Assembly (NCBI RefSeq): GCF_004010195.1
Contig: NC_057719.1
Location: forward strand, 50,014,302-50,078,301
Length of the DNA: 64,000 nucleotides
Direction: 5' to 3'
Origin: Chiloscyllium plagiosum
Lineage: Eukaryota
Every line of letters starts with the position of its first letter. The first letter of the stretch is position 1. The translations under genes were made by a program, and so were the position numbers. Positions 1-13,959 of this stretch are shown piece after piece. Under the pieces are notes generated by a model. The model had not been told where the DNA came from. It made no database searches and worked only from the letters and a program-made list of their open reading frames with translations.

Positions 1-1350
1 AGGACAGTTAGGGAATATTGCCATAACCCAATAGTCATCAATACTGTTAAAGCATGGAGGGCAATTCGGCAGAGGGAAGGTAATATTGGCAAAACATCTT
101 TGTTTACACCTTTAGTGGGTATGCCGGGTTTTCAACCAGGTATGATAGATTCAGGATTTAAATGTTGGGCAGCTAGGGGTATATCTTGCATATGTGATTT
201 ATTTGAGGGAGATGTAATGATGTTCTTCGATCAGTTAGTACGGAAGTACGAGTTATCTAATAGAGACCTCTTTTGTTTTTTTTCAAGTTAGGGATTTTAT
301 TCACACAAGACCACACTTTTGACTGATCCCTACAAATCTGACATAGAAAGAGGGGTACTAAGGGCTAAGCGTACACTCTCTGTCAGTACTCTATATCACC
401 AACTGGGGGGTGCCACCTCAGAGGACTCTGATCGAATCTGCAAGATGTGGGAAAGAGAGCTGGGTATTGAAGTTTCTTCAGAGGCATGGGAGGATATTTG
501 GGAGAATGCAAGGAAGATATCAATTTGCAATAGGACCCATGCTTTACAGTTGAAGATTCTCCACAGGGTCCACTTAGCCCCAGACCGTTTGTCAAAATTT
601 AAACCGGGGTATCTTCAGCATGTCCCAAGTGCAAGATCTGTACGGGCACTCTTACCCATTGTCTTTGGTCTTGTGACAGGCTTTAAACATATTGGAGCGC
701 TGTGGTGGGTGCAATGGAGAGGATTTTAGGTGTATTTCGCTCCTTTTGGGCCTACCCATTGTATTTCCTGCAGACTCGCATAAGGAAAAACTTTTCAATA
801 TTCTTACATTATGTGCAAGGAAGAATATCTTGTTCGGTTGGACATCAGAAAACCCTCCCAGGCCTGTCGGGTTGGCGGAAGATTGTTATGGAGCATATTC
901 CCCTGGATTTTCTCACAAATATGGTACACCACAAAACTGAGAATTTTTACAAGATATGGCAACCCTTTTTGAAATACCTGGACACAGATTTATCTTCCAC
1001 ACTAACAAGGGCTTTTATATAGCCGCAATGATTGTGTTTCATGAGTCCAATATCCAGGGAGGAGGAACTGTGAATGTATGAGTGTTTTGTTTGGCAGGAT
1101 TGAGTTATTACTATTTATTTGTTTGTTGTTAGGTATGTATTTAGTTAGTTAAATAGCTAGTTTAGGTTTTTTTTTAATTTTATACTTCTCTATATATGTT
1201 TATACATTCGTATAGGAGGGTGGGTTGGGGAATTTTTTTTATTATTTGGGTTTAGTCTTGTACTATTTTTGTACTGTTTTGAATTGCATTGTTTTGTATT
1301 TGTTGTAATATTTAAAAATCTATTTTTTCTTAATAAAAATATATTACAAA
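1..1350 (+). mobile_element. L1-clade LINE, 3' portion of ORF2 (zinc-finger region) and 3' UTR, frameshifted
   Basis: ORFs 319-729 and 702-1022 give 'QLKILHRVHLAPDRLSKF', a broken Cys/His knuckle and a C-terminal 'FYKIWQPF', typical of fish L1 ORF2 ends. A T-rich UTR follows, then AATAAA and an A-rich end near 1330-1350. Confidence 0.75.
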
Positions 1351-2152
1351 CAAAAGTAATATCTTGAACATGATGGCTCTTTAGCATTCTATGAATGAGT
1401 TGTATTTGCATGGAACTAATATGCTTGGAACTAATTTGATGAGCATTTCAAAACAGTTTTTATAAATAGCCTTCTGAAGGTCTTCATCACTCATCCTTAG
1501 GAAAGATGACAAGAGCGAATGACGCATTACAATCCCTCCTGGGGTCCTGCCAATAATTATACAATTTTTGGAACTGTCTTTCTAATTGCAATGTCTTTAT
1601 TCACACAATCTACTTAACAGTTTTTGTTAATATTGGTATTATCTTGGCAGCAGTTGGAAGCTGTTACCTAAAATATATACATAAAGGTTTCATTTAAGTA
1701 GTGTTGCCTTTTAAGTTCACATTATTCTGTCAGGTATTCAACATCTACTACTAGTCCGTGAGGCAATCTGCGAGGTTATGAAGAAACATATGGTTGAAGC
1801 CTATCATTTTATAAAATAGAGTTATCAAACAATGTTCGCTTAAGGCTTTTTCCAAATTCCATGGCTTGCTCAAGCAACTTAAGTTAAAAACTGATAAGCA
1901 GGCAGGAAAAGGCATCAATAAAAGCCAGCAAGTGTTTAATTGCACTTAGAACAGAGTCACTGCTGCTTCCTATTAGAACCAGGTTATACAATTCCTTTGT
2001 GAATAAACAAAGTTATTGTTTGGCAATACTTACATCAACAACAGTAAATTATTCTCAACAAGGCATTAACTGATAATAAAAACAGCTTGAAAGTAAGTGC
2101 AACTTGCAAGTTCTCATGCCCCTTCAGGATTTATCTAAATTAAATAGATAGA

Positions 2153-2607
2153 ATGGCAGGTCTAACATACGAGGAACGGCTGAGGATCCTGGGATTGTAT
2201 TCATTGGAGTTTAGAAGGTTAAGGGGAGATCTAATAGAAACTTACAAGATAAAACATGGCTTGGAAAGGGTGGATGTTCAGAAATTGTTTCCGTTAAGCG
2301 AGGAGACTAGGATCCGTGGGGGTCCTAGAATTAGAGGGGGTAAATTCAGAACAGCAATGCGGAGACATTTCTTCAGCCAGAGAGGGGTAGGCCTGTGGAA
2401 TTCATTGCCGTGGAGTGCAGTGGTGGCCGGGACGCTAAATTGCTTCAAGGCCAAGATTGATAAATTCTTGATGTCACAAGGAATTAAGGGCTACAGGGAG
2501 AATGCTGGTAAGTGGAGTTGAAATGCCCATCAGCCATGATTAAATGGCGGAGTGGACTCGATGGGCCGAATGGCCTTACTTCCACCCCTATGTCTTATGG
2601 TCTTATT
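2153..2607 (+). mobile_element. CR1 LINE 3' end (5'-truncated)
   Basis: ORF 2153-2521 'YEERLRILGLYSLEFRRLRGDLIETYKI...FFSQR..WNSLP' is the CR1 ORF2 C-terminus. The end has a tcttat repeat. Confidence 0.9.
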
Positions 2608-3769
2608 AAATATTGATTAATATTGGGTTTTAATATCTAATAAATATTTAAAATAATTAATATACCAGTTTGGTACTCCTTTTTAGCACATGTGCACTGA
2701 AAGCTGACTCTACACAATTCTATACTCTTTGTGGGAGACTTATCAGTCTCTCACTGTCACCATGGGGAAGTATTTACTCCATTTCTGAATGAAAGGACAG
2801 GGAGTCCACTTAGTGAGGTTCGGCTTCAGGTTTTCACTAAAATTAATTTGCATCATCATAAACAAAACTTTGCAAGAATCAACTCAACTCAGTGCAACAC
2901 ACCGTAATTGATTCTTTATTTTTCTTGCCACTAAAAATTCTTTTTGTTTTAAGTGAGTGGTAATCTGTTGCAGTTTTATCAAATTAGCTGACAATGGGTT
3001 CATCAGATCTTCAAACATTTTTATACAGGGTGTCCAGTCCTTCCTTGTGGTTAATGAGTTTTAAAATTACTGAAAATTACTTTTAAAAAATTGCAGTGAA
3101 CCACTTAATGATTTGATTTCTATAAATTGGCTAGTTTATGGGTAAAAACAACATTTTTAATGAGAGACTAGTGCTTGTGTGTCTCAGGAAAAAATCCAAA
3201 GTTTGAAGATCAAGAACAAAATTTCACAATTCTGGCTGGACCAAGCCAGGTGCGTGGACAGAGCCGATCTAGGCAAACCAAATCTGGAGTCAATATTGGA
3301 AATTGTGGAAAACACCAGTGGTTTTGGATGAAATTGACTGAGATTTAAATTTCCTGATCTTGTGTGCTGTTTCAATAGATTTCAACCAGATTCTACTGAT
3401 AACAGGAGGTAGGAAGAAACATTCACCCCAAATTTTCTTTCTGTAAAATTAATGTAATGAAAGGCCATTGGAATTGATCTACCAGAAAGAACTGACTATA
3501 AATACTTTTTGCTGAGTGTATCTACTCCTCGCACCACGACTATGCGCATTTGATGATCAATCTGTGAGAGTTTGCTTGATTTTATTCATGCTGCCACTGC
3601 ACTATGTACTCCTTTGTGACATTAAAAGCAACCTGCAAATCTATAAAAACATTTAATTGAAAAATCAATTATTCACATTTTTAATTTGCTTGCTGATGTG
3701 ATACTGCCCCAGAAGATTTTCTACAATTAAGTGTTTACTGAAGCAGAAATATTAGTCACAGAATGACAG

Positions 3770-4340
3770 GATTTAAGAACAGGAGTTGTTCTTTCAGCAC
3801 TTTGGGACTACTCCGCTACTCAATAAGAGCATAGATGATGCGTTGGTGGTTTCAACTGCATCTGCCTCCCTCAGCCTTTGTCTCTATTGCCTATCAAAAA
3901 TCTAATTTATGCATACTTGAAAAAAATTCAATGACTCAGCCTCCACTGCTTTCTGTTGGAAGAGAATTCCACAGAATAACAACCACAAAAAAAAACTCCT
4001 TAACATCATCTTAAAAGGTAGGCTTCTTATTCTTAAATATTGTCCCCCACTTCTAGTCTACCCCACAAGAGAAAACTTTATCCTGTATTATGTCTCCTCA
4101 AGACCATGTATATTTTAATAACATCACTTCTCATTCTTCTGAACCATAATAGCTATAGCCCAACCTATTCCACTTTTTTTCAAAGAAAACCTTTAATCCC
4201 AGGAATGAGTCGACTGAACTTTCCCTCAAGCATTCCTAATGCAATTATATCCTTTCGCAAATAAGGAAATTAAAATTATACACATTTTTCTAATTGTGAT
4301 CTCACAAAGACACTTCATGCAGTTAAACTTCCTTACATCA
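3770..4340 (-). mobile_element. Degenerate CR1 LINE 3' fragment
   Basis: Resembles other reverse-oriented CR1 3' ends in the window (gcctccactgctttctg...agagaattccacaga). Confidence 0.55.
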
Positions 4341-4619
4341 ATATCCATTCCCCTTTTAAATACACATAAAGGGATGAATTTTCCCCTCCATGAGGTGAAG
4401 AGAATAATAGCAAGCTTAATGATTTAATCAGATCAGAATCCAAAATCAGAATCTTGCCATCGAGATAAACTTCACACTTAGGTCCTCCTTTCTTAGATGG
4501 CAAGAAGCATATGTCATTATCTTGTATCTTACTGATTGCACAACTTGACAGGATTAACTTCTGTCTCATTGAGATACTCAATGACAGTTTTGCTAGGACT
4601 CCTTGATATCTCAATCAAA

Positions 4620-5240
4620 TGTGACCTTGATATCAAGGGCTATCACTGTCACCTCACCTCTGGAATTTGGCGCTTTTGTCCATGTTTGAGCCAAAGTTGA
4701 AATGAGGTCAGGTGCTGATTGGCCCTGGGAGAGTCTAAACAAAGCAATGAGCAGGTCCTTGCTGAGCAGATGCTGCCTTTTAGCACTGTTGATGACATCT
4801 TCCCTTACTTTACTGATGATTGAGAGTAGTCTGATGAAGCAGTAGTTGGTCGGGTTGGGTTTGTTCTGCCTTTTGTATGCAGGATATACCTAGACAATTT
4901 TCTACATTGTCAGGTTGATGCCAGTGTAATAGTTGGACTGGAATAGCTTGGCTAGGTGTGCAGCAGGTTTTGAAGTATAAGCCTTCAAATGCTGTCAGGG
5001 CCTATAGGCTTTGCAGGTATCTAGCGCTTCCAACTGTTTCGTCATTTCATGTGGAGTGAATTGAATTGGCTGAAGATTGGCATGGGTGTTTCTGGGGACC
5101 TCTGAAGGAGGCTGAGGTTAATCATCCACTTCACACTTCTGGTTGAAGTTTGTTGCAAAAGCTTCAGCTTATCTTTTATACTGATGTGCTGGTCACTCCC
5201 ATAATTGAGGATGGGGATATTTGTGGAACCTTCCCCTCCA
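4620..5240 (-). mobile_element. Non-LTR retrotransposon RT fragment (second CR1/L2-group family)
   Basis: The minus strand reads as a degenerate 'TGI..TM.KI..VYP..K.Q...NP.NY..I.LLSIISKV.E' RT N-terminal motif. Related pieces occur near 8330-8640, 28140-28960 and 34490-35060. Confidence 0.6.
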
Positions 5241-5479
5241 AATACTAATGAATTAAGTTGTAACTGAAGTGCCTCATTGTGTGGTTCATTTAGACACCAT
5301 ACTATTAGATAATAATGCCTGGAAAGAACATGTAAAACAATCAGAAGACCTGTTTAAGCAATTGCTGTAAGGCAGTTAGTAATAAGTTTTGCCAAGATTG
5401 AACGTTCAAAGGAAAGTTAACTTAATGGTGATACGTCATAGTTAAGGGGTAGTCTTGACAAGAACAGCAAAAATAAAAA

Positions 5480-6510
5480 GTTAAACTTCACACAATACCA
5501 GGTTATAGTCCAACAGGTTTATTTGGAAGCACTAGCTTTCGAAGCGCTGCTCCTTCATCAGGTGGTTGTGGAGTACAAGATCATAAGACACAGAATTTAT
5601 AGCAAAACCTTATAGTGTGATGTAACTGAAATGATATATTGAAAAAGAACTAGATTGTTTGTTAAGTCTCCCATCTTTTAGAATTAACATATTGGTTTCA
5701 CTTCTTTCATATGTAAATCACAGTATCTTTTTTAAAAATTACATTCTCAAGTGAACTTTAACAATTGGTGTCATGTCGGCCCAGATAACGCATTAAGGTG
5801 TGAGTTGCCCTGTGTGAGACTGTCTGTGTCACAATGTTCTAATCTAAAAAAACAGATTTACAGAATTTTACATGGATTCATGCAGTTTTTGAGCAAAATA
5901 AAATGTAATTCTGCAAGTACAAATGCACCCCACAAACTTATGTGTGTGTGTGTGTCAGGAGGGGGGTTATGAGTGTCTGTGAGAGAATGTATGTATGTGT
6001 GTGAGTGTAAAGGGGTATAAGTCTGGGAGAGAGTGCAAGTGTGCGTGCAAGTATGGGAGTGTATGTGTGAGTGAATGAGAGAGCCTGTGTATAAGAAAGG
6101 GTCTATGTAAGTGTATGGGTCTGCAAGAGAGTGCGCGTGTCTGGAGGAGCATGTGTATGCCTATAGGAGTTTGTGTGTGTAGGAGTGTCTGTGTGCTTGT
6201 GTGTGTGTGTGTGTGTGTGTGTGTGTCTAGTGCAGTGGGGTCACCTGTAGTGTGACATCAACCCAACGTCCCGGTTGAGGTCATCCCCATGGGTACCGAA
6301 TTTGGCGATCAGCCTCTGCTCGGCCACTTTGCATTGTTGCCTGTCCTGAAGTCTGCCTTGGAGGATGGTCAGCCAAAGGTCCAAGGTCGAATATCCCGGA
6401 CCGCTGAAGGGTTCTCTGGCTGGGAGGGAACACTCCTGTCTGTTGATTGTTGTGTGGACCTGGGACCTTGGGTTCATGTCACACTACAGGTGACCCCACT
6501 GCACTATACA

Positions 6511-6542
<32 letters not shown>

Positions 6543-7185
6543 TGCAGACCCTCTCTTATACACAAGCTCTCTCTCATACACTTACACGCACATTCTCTCA
6601 CAGACTTATACCCCTTTACACTCACACACATATCCACATTCTCTCACAGACACTCATAACACCCCCACCGACACACACAGACACATATAGTTTGTGGGGT
6701 GAATGTGTACTTGCAGAATTACATCTTATTTTGCTCAAAAACGGCATGAATCCGTGTAAGATTCTGTAAATCCGTTTTTTAGATTAGAATCAGGCTGACC
6801 ATTGTGGCACAGTCTCACACAGGGCAGCTCATACCTTAATGCATTATCTGGGCCGACATGACACCAATTGTTAAAGTTCACTTGAGAATGTAACTTTAAA
6901 AGAGTTTTGCGATTTACATATGAAAGAAGTGAAACCAACATGCTCATTCTAAAAGATGGGAGACTTAACAAACAATTCAGGTCTTTTTCAATATATAATT
7001 TCAGTTACATCATACTGTAAGCTTTTCCTATAAATTCTGTGTCTTATGATCTTATACTCCACAATCACCTGATGAAGGAGCAGCGCTCCGAAAGCTAGTG
7101 CTTCCAAATAAACCTTTGGACTATAACCTGGTGTTGTGTGATCTTTAACTTTGGACATCCCAGTCCAACACTGGCATTTCCAAAT
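5480..7185. mobile_element. Penelope-like element insertion with inverted arms (GIY-YIG C-terminus, CA-rich UTR, pLTR)
   Basis: ORF 6241-6477(-) 'EQRLIAKFGTHGDDLNRD' is a GIY-YIG tail. 5480-6270 is the reverse complement of ~6465-7150. Near-perfect flanking duplication cagcaaaa(a/g)taaa at 5465-5477 and 7186-7198. Confidence 0.85.
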
Positions 7186-8329
7186 CAGCAAAAGTAAAGG
7201 CACTGGTTCAATTTCTTGTGCTAAAATCTAAATGGGATATAATGAGATTTCAGCACCTTACTGAGACCTCCAACAGACCTGTTTCAGAAAGAGGCAAAGG
7301 TCGTGTGGCCAGCAAGGTGTCATGCAGATTTAGAGAAGTTGAAGGTAATCCTAACTAATGAACAGGTGTAGGCTGTCCCTCAGATACTGTCTTGGGGGGT
7401 ATTAAGGATGATTTTCAACTTGCCAGGAAATTCAGAAAGTGGGATTATGTGGTGTACACTTATAGCTACATAGATTATAGTACCTGTTGGAGCAGTGAGG
7501 TGGATACTTTTTGAACTCACAGGCACAAGATGCTCTCGGCAGTTCAAATTCTGCCAAACAACAGCCTTTGGATTGGTCTAGCTGCAATTTTGACAGTCCT
7601 GTGAATGCAGTGTACTTGTTGTTAAGTCCAGAAACTTGTAGACAAGAAACATATTACCTTCTCTCTGAGTGAAAAGGTCAAATGCAAGAAATTGGAAAAG
7701 AAGGAATTCTAATACAAGAAAAGACCTAGGTCCACCCGATCAGCTTTTGAATTGAAAATCGATCACTGCTCCGCTGACATCACATCATCATCATTAAAAA
7801 TCAAAATAAATGTGAGAATTAACTCATTCCACCCTTGTCGTCTGAACTCTGATAAACTTTGTTTATCCAGATCTATACCTTCCACCCCTAATTTTTGTAT
7901 CATCTGTTTTTGTCTGTCTCATTCATGAAAGAATGTGTGTTTGGGATTTTAAAGAGGTTGGTTTAAGACACAAGGTAGGAAATTAATAATCTATTTTTGC
8001 CATTTGTTGAAGAATAAATTTGTTAACAATAGAATTATTTTCCTGTTTATGATGAAACCTGGGTGGATTACTTTTGTCCTTCTTCACAGTCCATCAGGTA
8101 ACGTGATCATCTTGGTGATTTAAATTACATGTTTGTGATGGCTTGTGGAATAGTGGGACTCAATTACCAACAAATTCTTTCCATCTGAGTTGTGGCAACA
8201 CCATGAATCTTGTACAGCAATATTTTATGTTATCCTTTTCATATTCTTTTTGGGAATCCAAGTGCACCACATCCACATGATCCCCTTTATATCCACTTGG
8301 CTTATTACCTCATCAAACATTTTGTTTTT

Positions 8330-8640
8330 AATCAATAGCAAACCCCAGGAGGTTATTAGTGGAGAAATAGCGATGGCAATGTCAAATGGAGGTTGTTAGT
8401 TTCTCTTATTGGAATGAACATTGTCTGGCATTTGTCTGGTCCAAATGTTACTTGCTTTTTTCAATACAAGCCTGAACATTGTTGGTTTTGTTGCATTTCA
8501 ATACAGACTGCTTCAGTATCTGAGAAGCTGTGAATGGTGCTGAATATTACACATCAGCAGTGACCATCCCCACTTCTGAATTTATGATTCAAGGAAAGTA
8601 ATTGATGAAGCAGCTGAAGATGGTTTTGCCAAAGACATTA
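8330..8640 (-). mobile_element. LINE fragment, probably the same family as 4620-5240
   Basis: Degenerate sequence resembling this LINE family (gatgaagcagctgaagatgg, also seen near 28200). Confidence 0.45.
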
Positions 8641-9175
8641 CCATGCATCGCCAAGTAAAACATATGACATGTTTTTATAGCAAGATGAATGACATTTTTG
8701 GACACTAATGAATAAAAGTACAAAGATTTAAGGATAGGTAGTGAGTAAATGAAACCTGCTTCTGAGATGCTTTACAGTATTGACCGCAATGATTAATGCC
8801 AAGGGACAGTCATAGAGTCATAGAGATGTACAGCATGGAAACAGACCCTTCGGTCCAACCCGTCCATGCTGACCAGATATCCCAACCCAATCTACTCACA
8901 CCTGCCAGCACCCGGCCCATATCCCTCCAAATCCTTCCTATTCATATACCCATCCAAATGCCTTTTAAATGTTGCAATTGTACCAGCCTCCACCACTTCC
9001 TCTGGCAACTCATTCTATACATGTGCCATCCTCTGTGTGAAAACGTTGCCCCTTAGGTCTCTTCTATATCTTTCTCCTCTCACCCTAAACCTATGCCCTC
9101 CAGTTCTGGATTCCCCGACCCCAGGGAAAAGACTTTGTCTGTTTATCCTATCCATGCCCCTCATAATTTTGTAAA

Positions 9176-9667
9176 NNNNNNNNNNNNNNNNNNNNNNNNN
9201 NNNNNNNNNNNNNNNNNNNNNNNNNNNNNNNNNNNNNNNNNNNNNNNNNNNNNNNNNNNNNNNNNNNNNNNNNNNNNNNNNNNNNNNNNNNNNNNNNNNN
9301 NNNNNNNNNNNNNNNNNNNNNNNNNNNNNNNNNNNNNNNNNNNNNNNNNNNNNNNNNNNNNNNNNNNNNNNNNNNNNNNNNNNNNNNNNNNNNNNNNNNN
9401 NNNNNNNNNNNNNNNNNNNNNNNNNNNNNNNNNNNNNNNNNNNNNNNNNNNNNNNNNNNNNNNNNNNNNNNNNNNNNNNNNNNNNNNNNNNNNNNNNNNN
9501 NNNNNNNNNNNNNNNNNNNNNNNNNNNNNNNNNNNNNNNNNNNNNNNNNNNNNNNNNNNNNNNNNNNNNNNNNNNNNNNNNNNNNNNNNNNNNNNNNNNN
9601 NNNNNNNNNNNNNNNNNNNNNNNNNNNNNNNNNNNNNNNNNNNNNNNNNNNNNNNNNNNNNNNNNNN
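9176..9667. other. Assembly gap (N run)
   Basis: Run of N. Confidence 1.
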
Positions 9668-9885
9668 CCTCTCCTCCCTGACCTATCACCTTCATCTCCT
9701 TCCCCACCTACCTATTGTACTCTATGCTACTCTCTCCCCCCCCCCCCCCCCCCCTCGCTTATCTCTCCATGCTTCAGGCTCTCTGCCTTTATTCCTGATG
9801 AAGGGCTTTTGCCCGAAACGTCGATTTTGCCTGTCCTCGGATGCTGCCTGAATTGCTGTGCTCTTCCAGCACCACTGATCCAGAA
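9668..9885 (+). mobile_element. Penelope-type pLTR/3' end with minimal hammerhead motif (9791-9826)
   Basis: attc-CTGATGA-aGGGC-tttt-GCCC-GAAACGTC. The same sequence flanks Penelope RT/GIY-YIG pieces at 39625-40717 and 47053-47951. Confidence 0.8.
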
Positions 9886-12800
9886 CCTTACCATTAAGTG
9901 TATAAGTCCTGCTCAGATTTGCTTTCCCAAAATGCAGCACCTCGCATTTATCTGAATTAAACTCCATCTGCCACTTCTCAGCCCATTGGCCTATCTGGTC
10001 AAGATCCTGTTGTAATCTGAGGCAACCTTCTGCGCTGTCCACGACACCTCCAATTTTGGTGTCATCTGCAAACTTACTAACTGTACTTCTTCTGCTCACA
10101 TCCAAATCATTTATGTAAATAACAAGAAGTAGAGTCCTTGTGGCACTCCACTGGTCACAGGCCTCCAGTCTGAAAAAAAAAACCCTCCACCACCCCCTGT
10201 CTTCTACCTTTGAACCAGTTCTGTATCCAAATGGCTAGTTCTCCCTTATTCCATGAGATCTAACCTTCCTTTTATATGCATGATGGCTCCTTCTCTCTCC
10301 CTCCTCCTCCTCCAGTTTGTGTTTCTCTCCTTTTCCAATTTGTATTAATTTAATGTAACATGGAGTAATAAGAAGACATGATCTGTATCAGTTCTGCCCA
10401 GTAACTAGTTTGTATGACCTGATTGCCATTGCTAATTGATCAATTGCTATTGAAATACAGTCTCAACAACAGAACACAAGGTTTTAAGTTTGATATTTTG
10501 CTACTTCATACTTTCTATCTCAGAGATTTTGATCAGAGAGAAAGAGAGTAACACCTTTTGCAGGGAAAATCTGTCCTCTACTGGCTACCAGACAGACTGT
10601 TAAAGAAAGCTTATTCTCTGGATAAGGGAAAGGGATTTGCAAGGATTGAAAGCCACTGAGAGATACAGCCTGGTAAAGCCAGGAGAACGAATTACTGAAG
10701 TAAGGCTTACTGATGGAACTTCAGTAATTCTCAAGAAAGGACCTTCACCAGACACTGGACATCACATCTCAGCAAAATGGGGAGAAATGGATCCATTAGA
10801 ATGACTTTAAAAAAGAAATCCTTTAAAGACTGCATTTCTGCTATAAAATATATCTACGCAGCATGGAGTTATCAGTTGCATTTAGAAATAAATAAAGGTT
10901 ATCTTTTGTGCAGTTTTATTAGTTTTACTTTCTGATGAAGGGACTAATAGGGATGGCAGTGCAGGGAGAGGAATGTTCCTCCTGCATGATGTTTGAGGTG
11001 AGGGACGCCATTAGTGTCCCAAGCAAGTACATTCTGCAGGAAGTGCACCCAACTCTCGCTCCTCCAAGACTGTGTTAGGGAACTGGAGTGGAACCTGGAT
11101 GAACTTCAGATCATTCAGGAGGCAGAGTCTATGAAAGGTAAGAGCTACAGGGAAGTAGTTACTCCTAGGCATGAAGAAAGCTGGGTAACTGTTAGAAGGG
11201 GGATAAAAAAATCAGTGCATGGATCCCCTGTGGTTGTTCCCCTGAAAAACAAGTATACCGTTTTGGGGTACAGGTCTCTGGTACAGAGTCTGTCCCTATT
11301 GTACTGAAGGGAAGTGGGGGAAAGGAGGAGAGTGTTAGTCATTGGAGACTCAATAGTTAGAGGGTCAGATAGAAGGTTTGTTGGGAACGATCGAGACGCA
11401 CGGTTGGTGTGTTACCTCCCAGGTGCCAGGGTCCGTGATGTCTCGGATCGTGTCTTTGGAGTCCTGAAGGGAGAGGGTGACCAGGCCAAGTCATGGTCCA
11501 AACCAATGACATAGGTAGAAAGAGGGATAGGGATGTAAGGCAGGATTTCAGGGAGCTAGGGTGGAAGCTGAGACCTAGAACAAATAGAATTGTTATCTCT
11601 GGTTTGTTACCCGTGCAATGTGATAGCAAGGTGAGGAACAGTGAGAGATATCAGCTAAACATATGGCAGAAGGGAAGGTGAAGGAGGGAGGGTTTCAGGT
11701 ATATGGATAATTGGGGCTCATTTTTGGGATGGTGGGACCTCTACAAAAGGACGGTCTTCATTTGAGCCAGTGGGGTACGAATATCCAGGGTAGGAAATTT
11801 GCTGGTGCTGTTTGGGTGGGTTTAAACTAGCTCAGCAAAGGGGTGGCAACCTGAGTTGTAGTTCCAGTGCACAGGAGAATGAGAGTATGGAGGAAAGGGA
11901 CAGGATTTCACAGTCACAGGAATGTTGGCAACAGCAAGCTGGTTTGACAATGCCAGGAATATCCAGAATAAGGCAAGTGAGCTTGTAGCATTAATAGGTA
12001 CCTGGGACTTGGATGTTGTGGCCATTTCGGAGATGTGGATAGAGTAGGGTCAGGAATGGATATTGCAGGTTCCACGGTTTGGATTCTTCATTAAGATCAG
12101 GGAGGTTGGTAAAAGAGGGGGAGGTGTGGCTTTGTTAGTGAGCCACAGTATAACAGTGGCTGAAAGAACTTTTGATGAGGACTCGTCTACTGAGGTGGTA
12201 TGGGCTGATATTAGAAACAGGAGAAGAGGTCACACTGCTGAGAATTTTTTATAGGTCTCTGAAAAGTTCCAGGGATGTGGAGGAGAGGATCAGCACAACA
12301 ATTCTGGGTAGTAGTGAAAGGAACAGGGTGACGACTATGGGGGCCTTTAACTTCCCTAACATTGACTGGAAATGCTAGAACTCTAATACGTCGGATGGAT
12401 CAGTTTTTGTCCAATGTGTGCAGGAGGGTTTTCTGACACAGTATGTCGAAAGGCCAACAAGAGGGGAGGCCACACTGGATCTGGTACTTGATAATGAACC
12501 AGGCCAGGTTTTTAATTTAGTGGTAGGTGAGCACTTTGGAGAGAATGGTCATAATTCGGTTACGTTTAGTTTAGCGATGAAATGGATAGGTATATGCCAC
12601 AGGGTAAGAGTTACAAATGGGGGAAAGGCAATTATAATGCGATTAGGCAAGAATTAGGATGCTTAGAATGGGGTAGCAAAATGCAGGGGATGGGGACAAT
12701 CGAAATGTGGAGCTGGTTTAAGGAACAGATACTGCGTGTTCTTGATAGATATGTCCCTGTCAAGAGGGAGTAAGTGATAAGGTAAGGGAACCGCGGTTTA

Positions 12801-13959
12801 CTACAGAAATTGCATCTCTTGTTATGCGGAAGAGGGAGGCTTATGTAAAGATGAGACGAGATGGTTCAGATGAGGCGATGGAGAGTTACAGATCAGCTAG
12901 GATGGATTTAAAGAGAGAATTAAGAAGAGCAAGGAGGGGACATGAGCAGTCTTTAGCAGATAGAATAAAGGAGAACCCTAAAGCTTTCTATAGGTATGTG
13001 AGGAATAAAAGGATGACTGGGATAGGAATAGGGCCAGTCAAAGACATAAGTGGGAAGTTGTGTGTGGATCCTGTGGAGATCGGAGAGGTGCTAAACAAAT
13101 ATTTCTCATCGGTTTTCACTCAAGAAAGGAGAATATTGTAGAGAAGAAGATGGAAACATAGGCAATTAGACTAGAAAGGATTGTGGTTAGTAAGGAAGAC
13201 GTGTTATCAATTCTAGAAGGAATGAAAGTAGACAAGTCCCCTGGGTCGGATGGGATTTATCCGAGGACTCTCTGGGAAGCTAGGAAGGAGATGGCTGAGC
13301 CTTTGGCCTTAATCTTTGAGTCATCATTGTCTACAGGTTTAGTACCAGAGGACTGGAGGATTGCAAATGTTGTGCCCTTGTTCAAGAAGGACAATAGAGA
13401 TGACCCATGTAATTATAGACCAGTGAGCCTTACATCAGTTGTAGGAAAAGTTTTGGTAAGGATTATAAGGGAGAGGATTTATAATCATCTAGCAAGCAAC
13501 AATTTGATTACTAGGCAGGTCATGCCTCACAAACTTCATTGAATTTTTTGAGAAGGTGACCAAGCATGTGATGAGGGTAGGGCAGTTGATGTGGTGTACA
13601 TGGACTTCAGTAAAGCCTTTGATAAGGTTCCACATGGTAGGCTTTTGGAGAAAATGCAGAGACGTGGAATTGAAGGTGATTGAGCAGTTTGGATTAGAAA
13701 CTGGCTTTCTGTAAGAAGGCAGCGAGTGGTGGTTGATGGGAAATATTCAGCCTGGAGTCTGGTTACTAGTGGTGTATCACAAGGATCTGTTTTAGGACCA
13801 CTGCTTTTGTTATCTGTATAAATGATTTGGATGTATGCATAGGTGGATGGGTTAGTAAGTTTGCAGATATGGTGTGCCTAATATGGTGTGCAAGACTTGA
13901 TGTAGACGCCAAGCTGTGCTATGGACATAGAGGACCTCATGTAAGTAATTCTTAAAAAT

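Larger units (their letters stand above)
8809..10270 (-). mobile_element. CR1 LINE 3' portion, interrupted by an assembly gap and a Penelope pLTR
   Basis: The minus strand gives 'SKFADDTKIGG...WQMEFN..KCEVLHFG' and 'YKIMRGMDR...RGNVFTQR'. Terminal gtcatagagtcata repeat at ~8809. Confidence 0.9.

Noticed and set aside
9015..9851. Long ORFs 9015-9707 and 9093-9851 (also 39660-40734)
   Set aside because: Artefacts of translating through N gaps.
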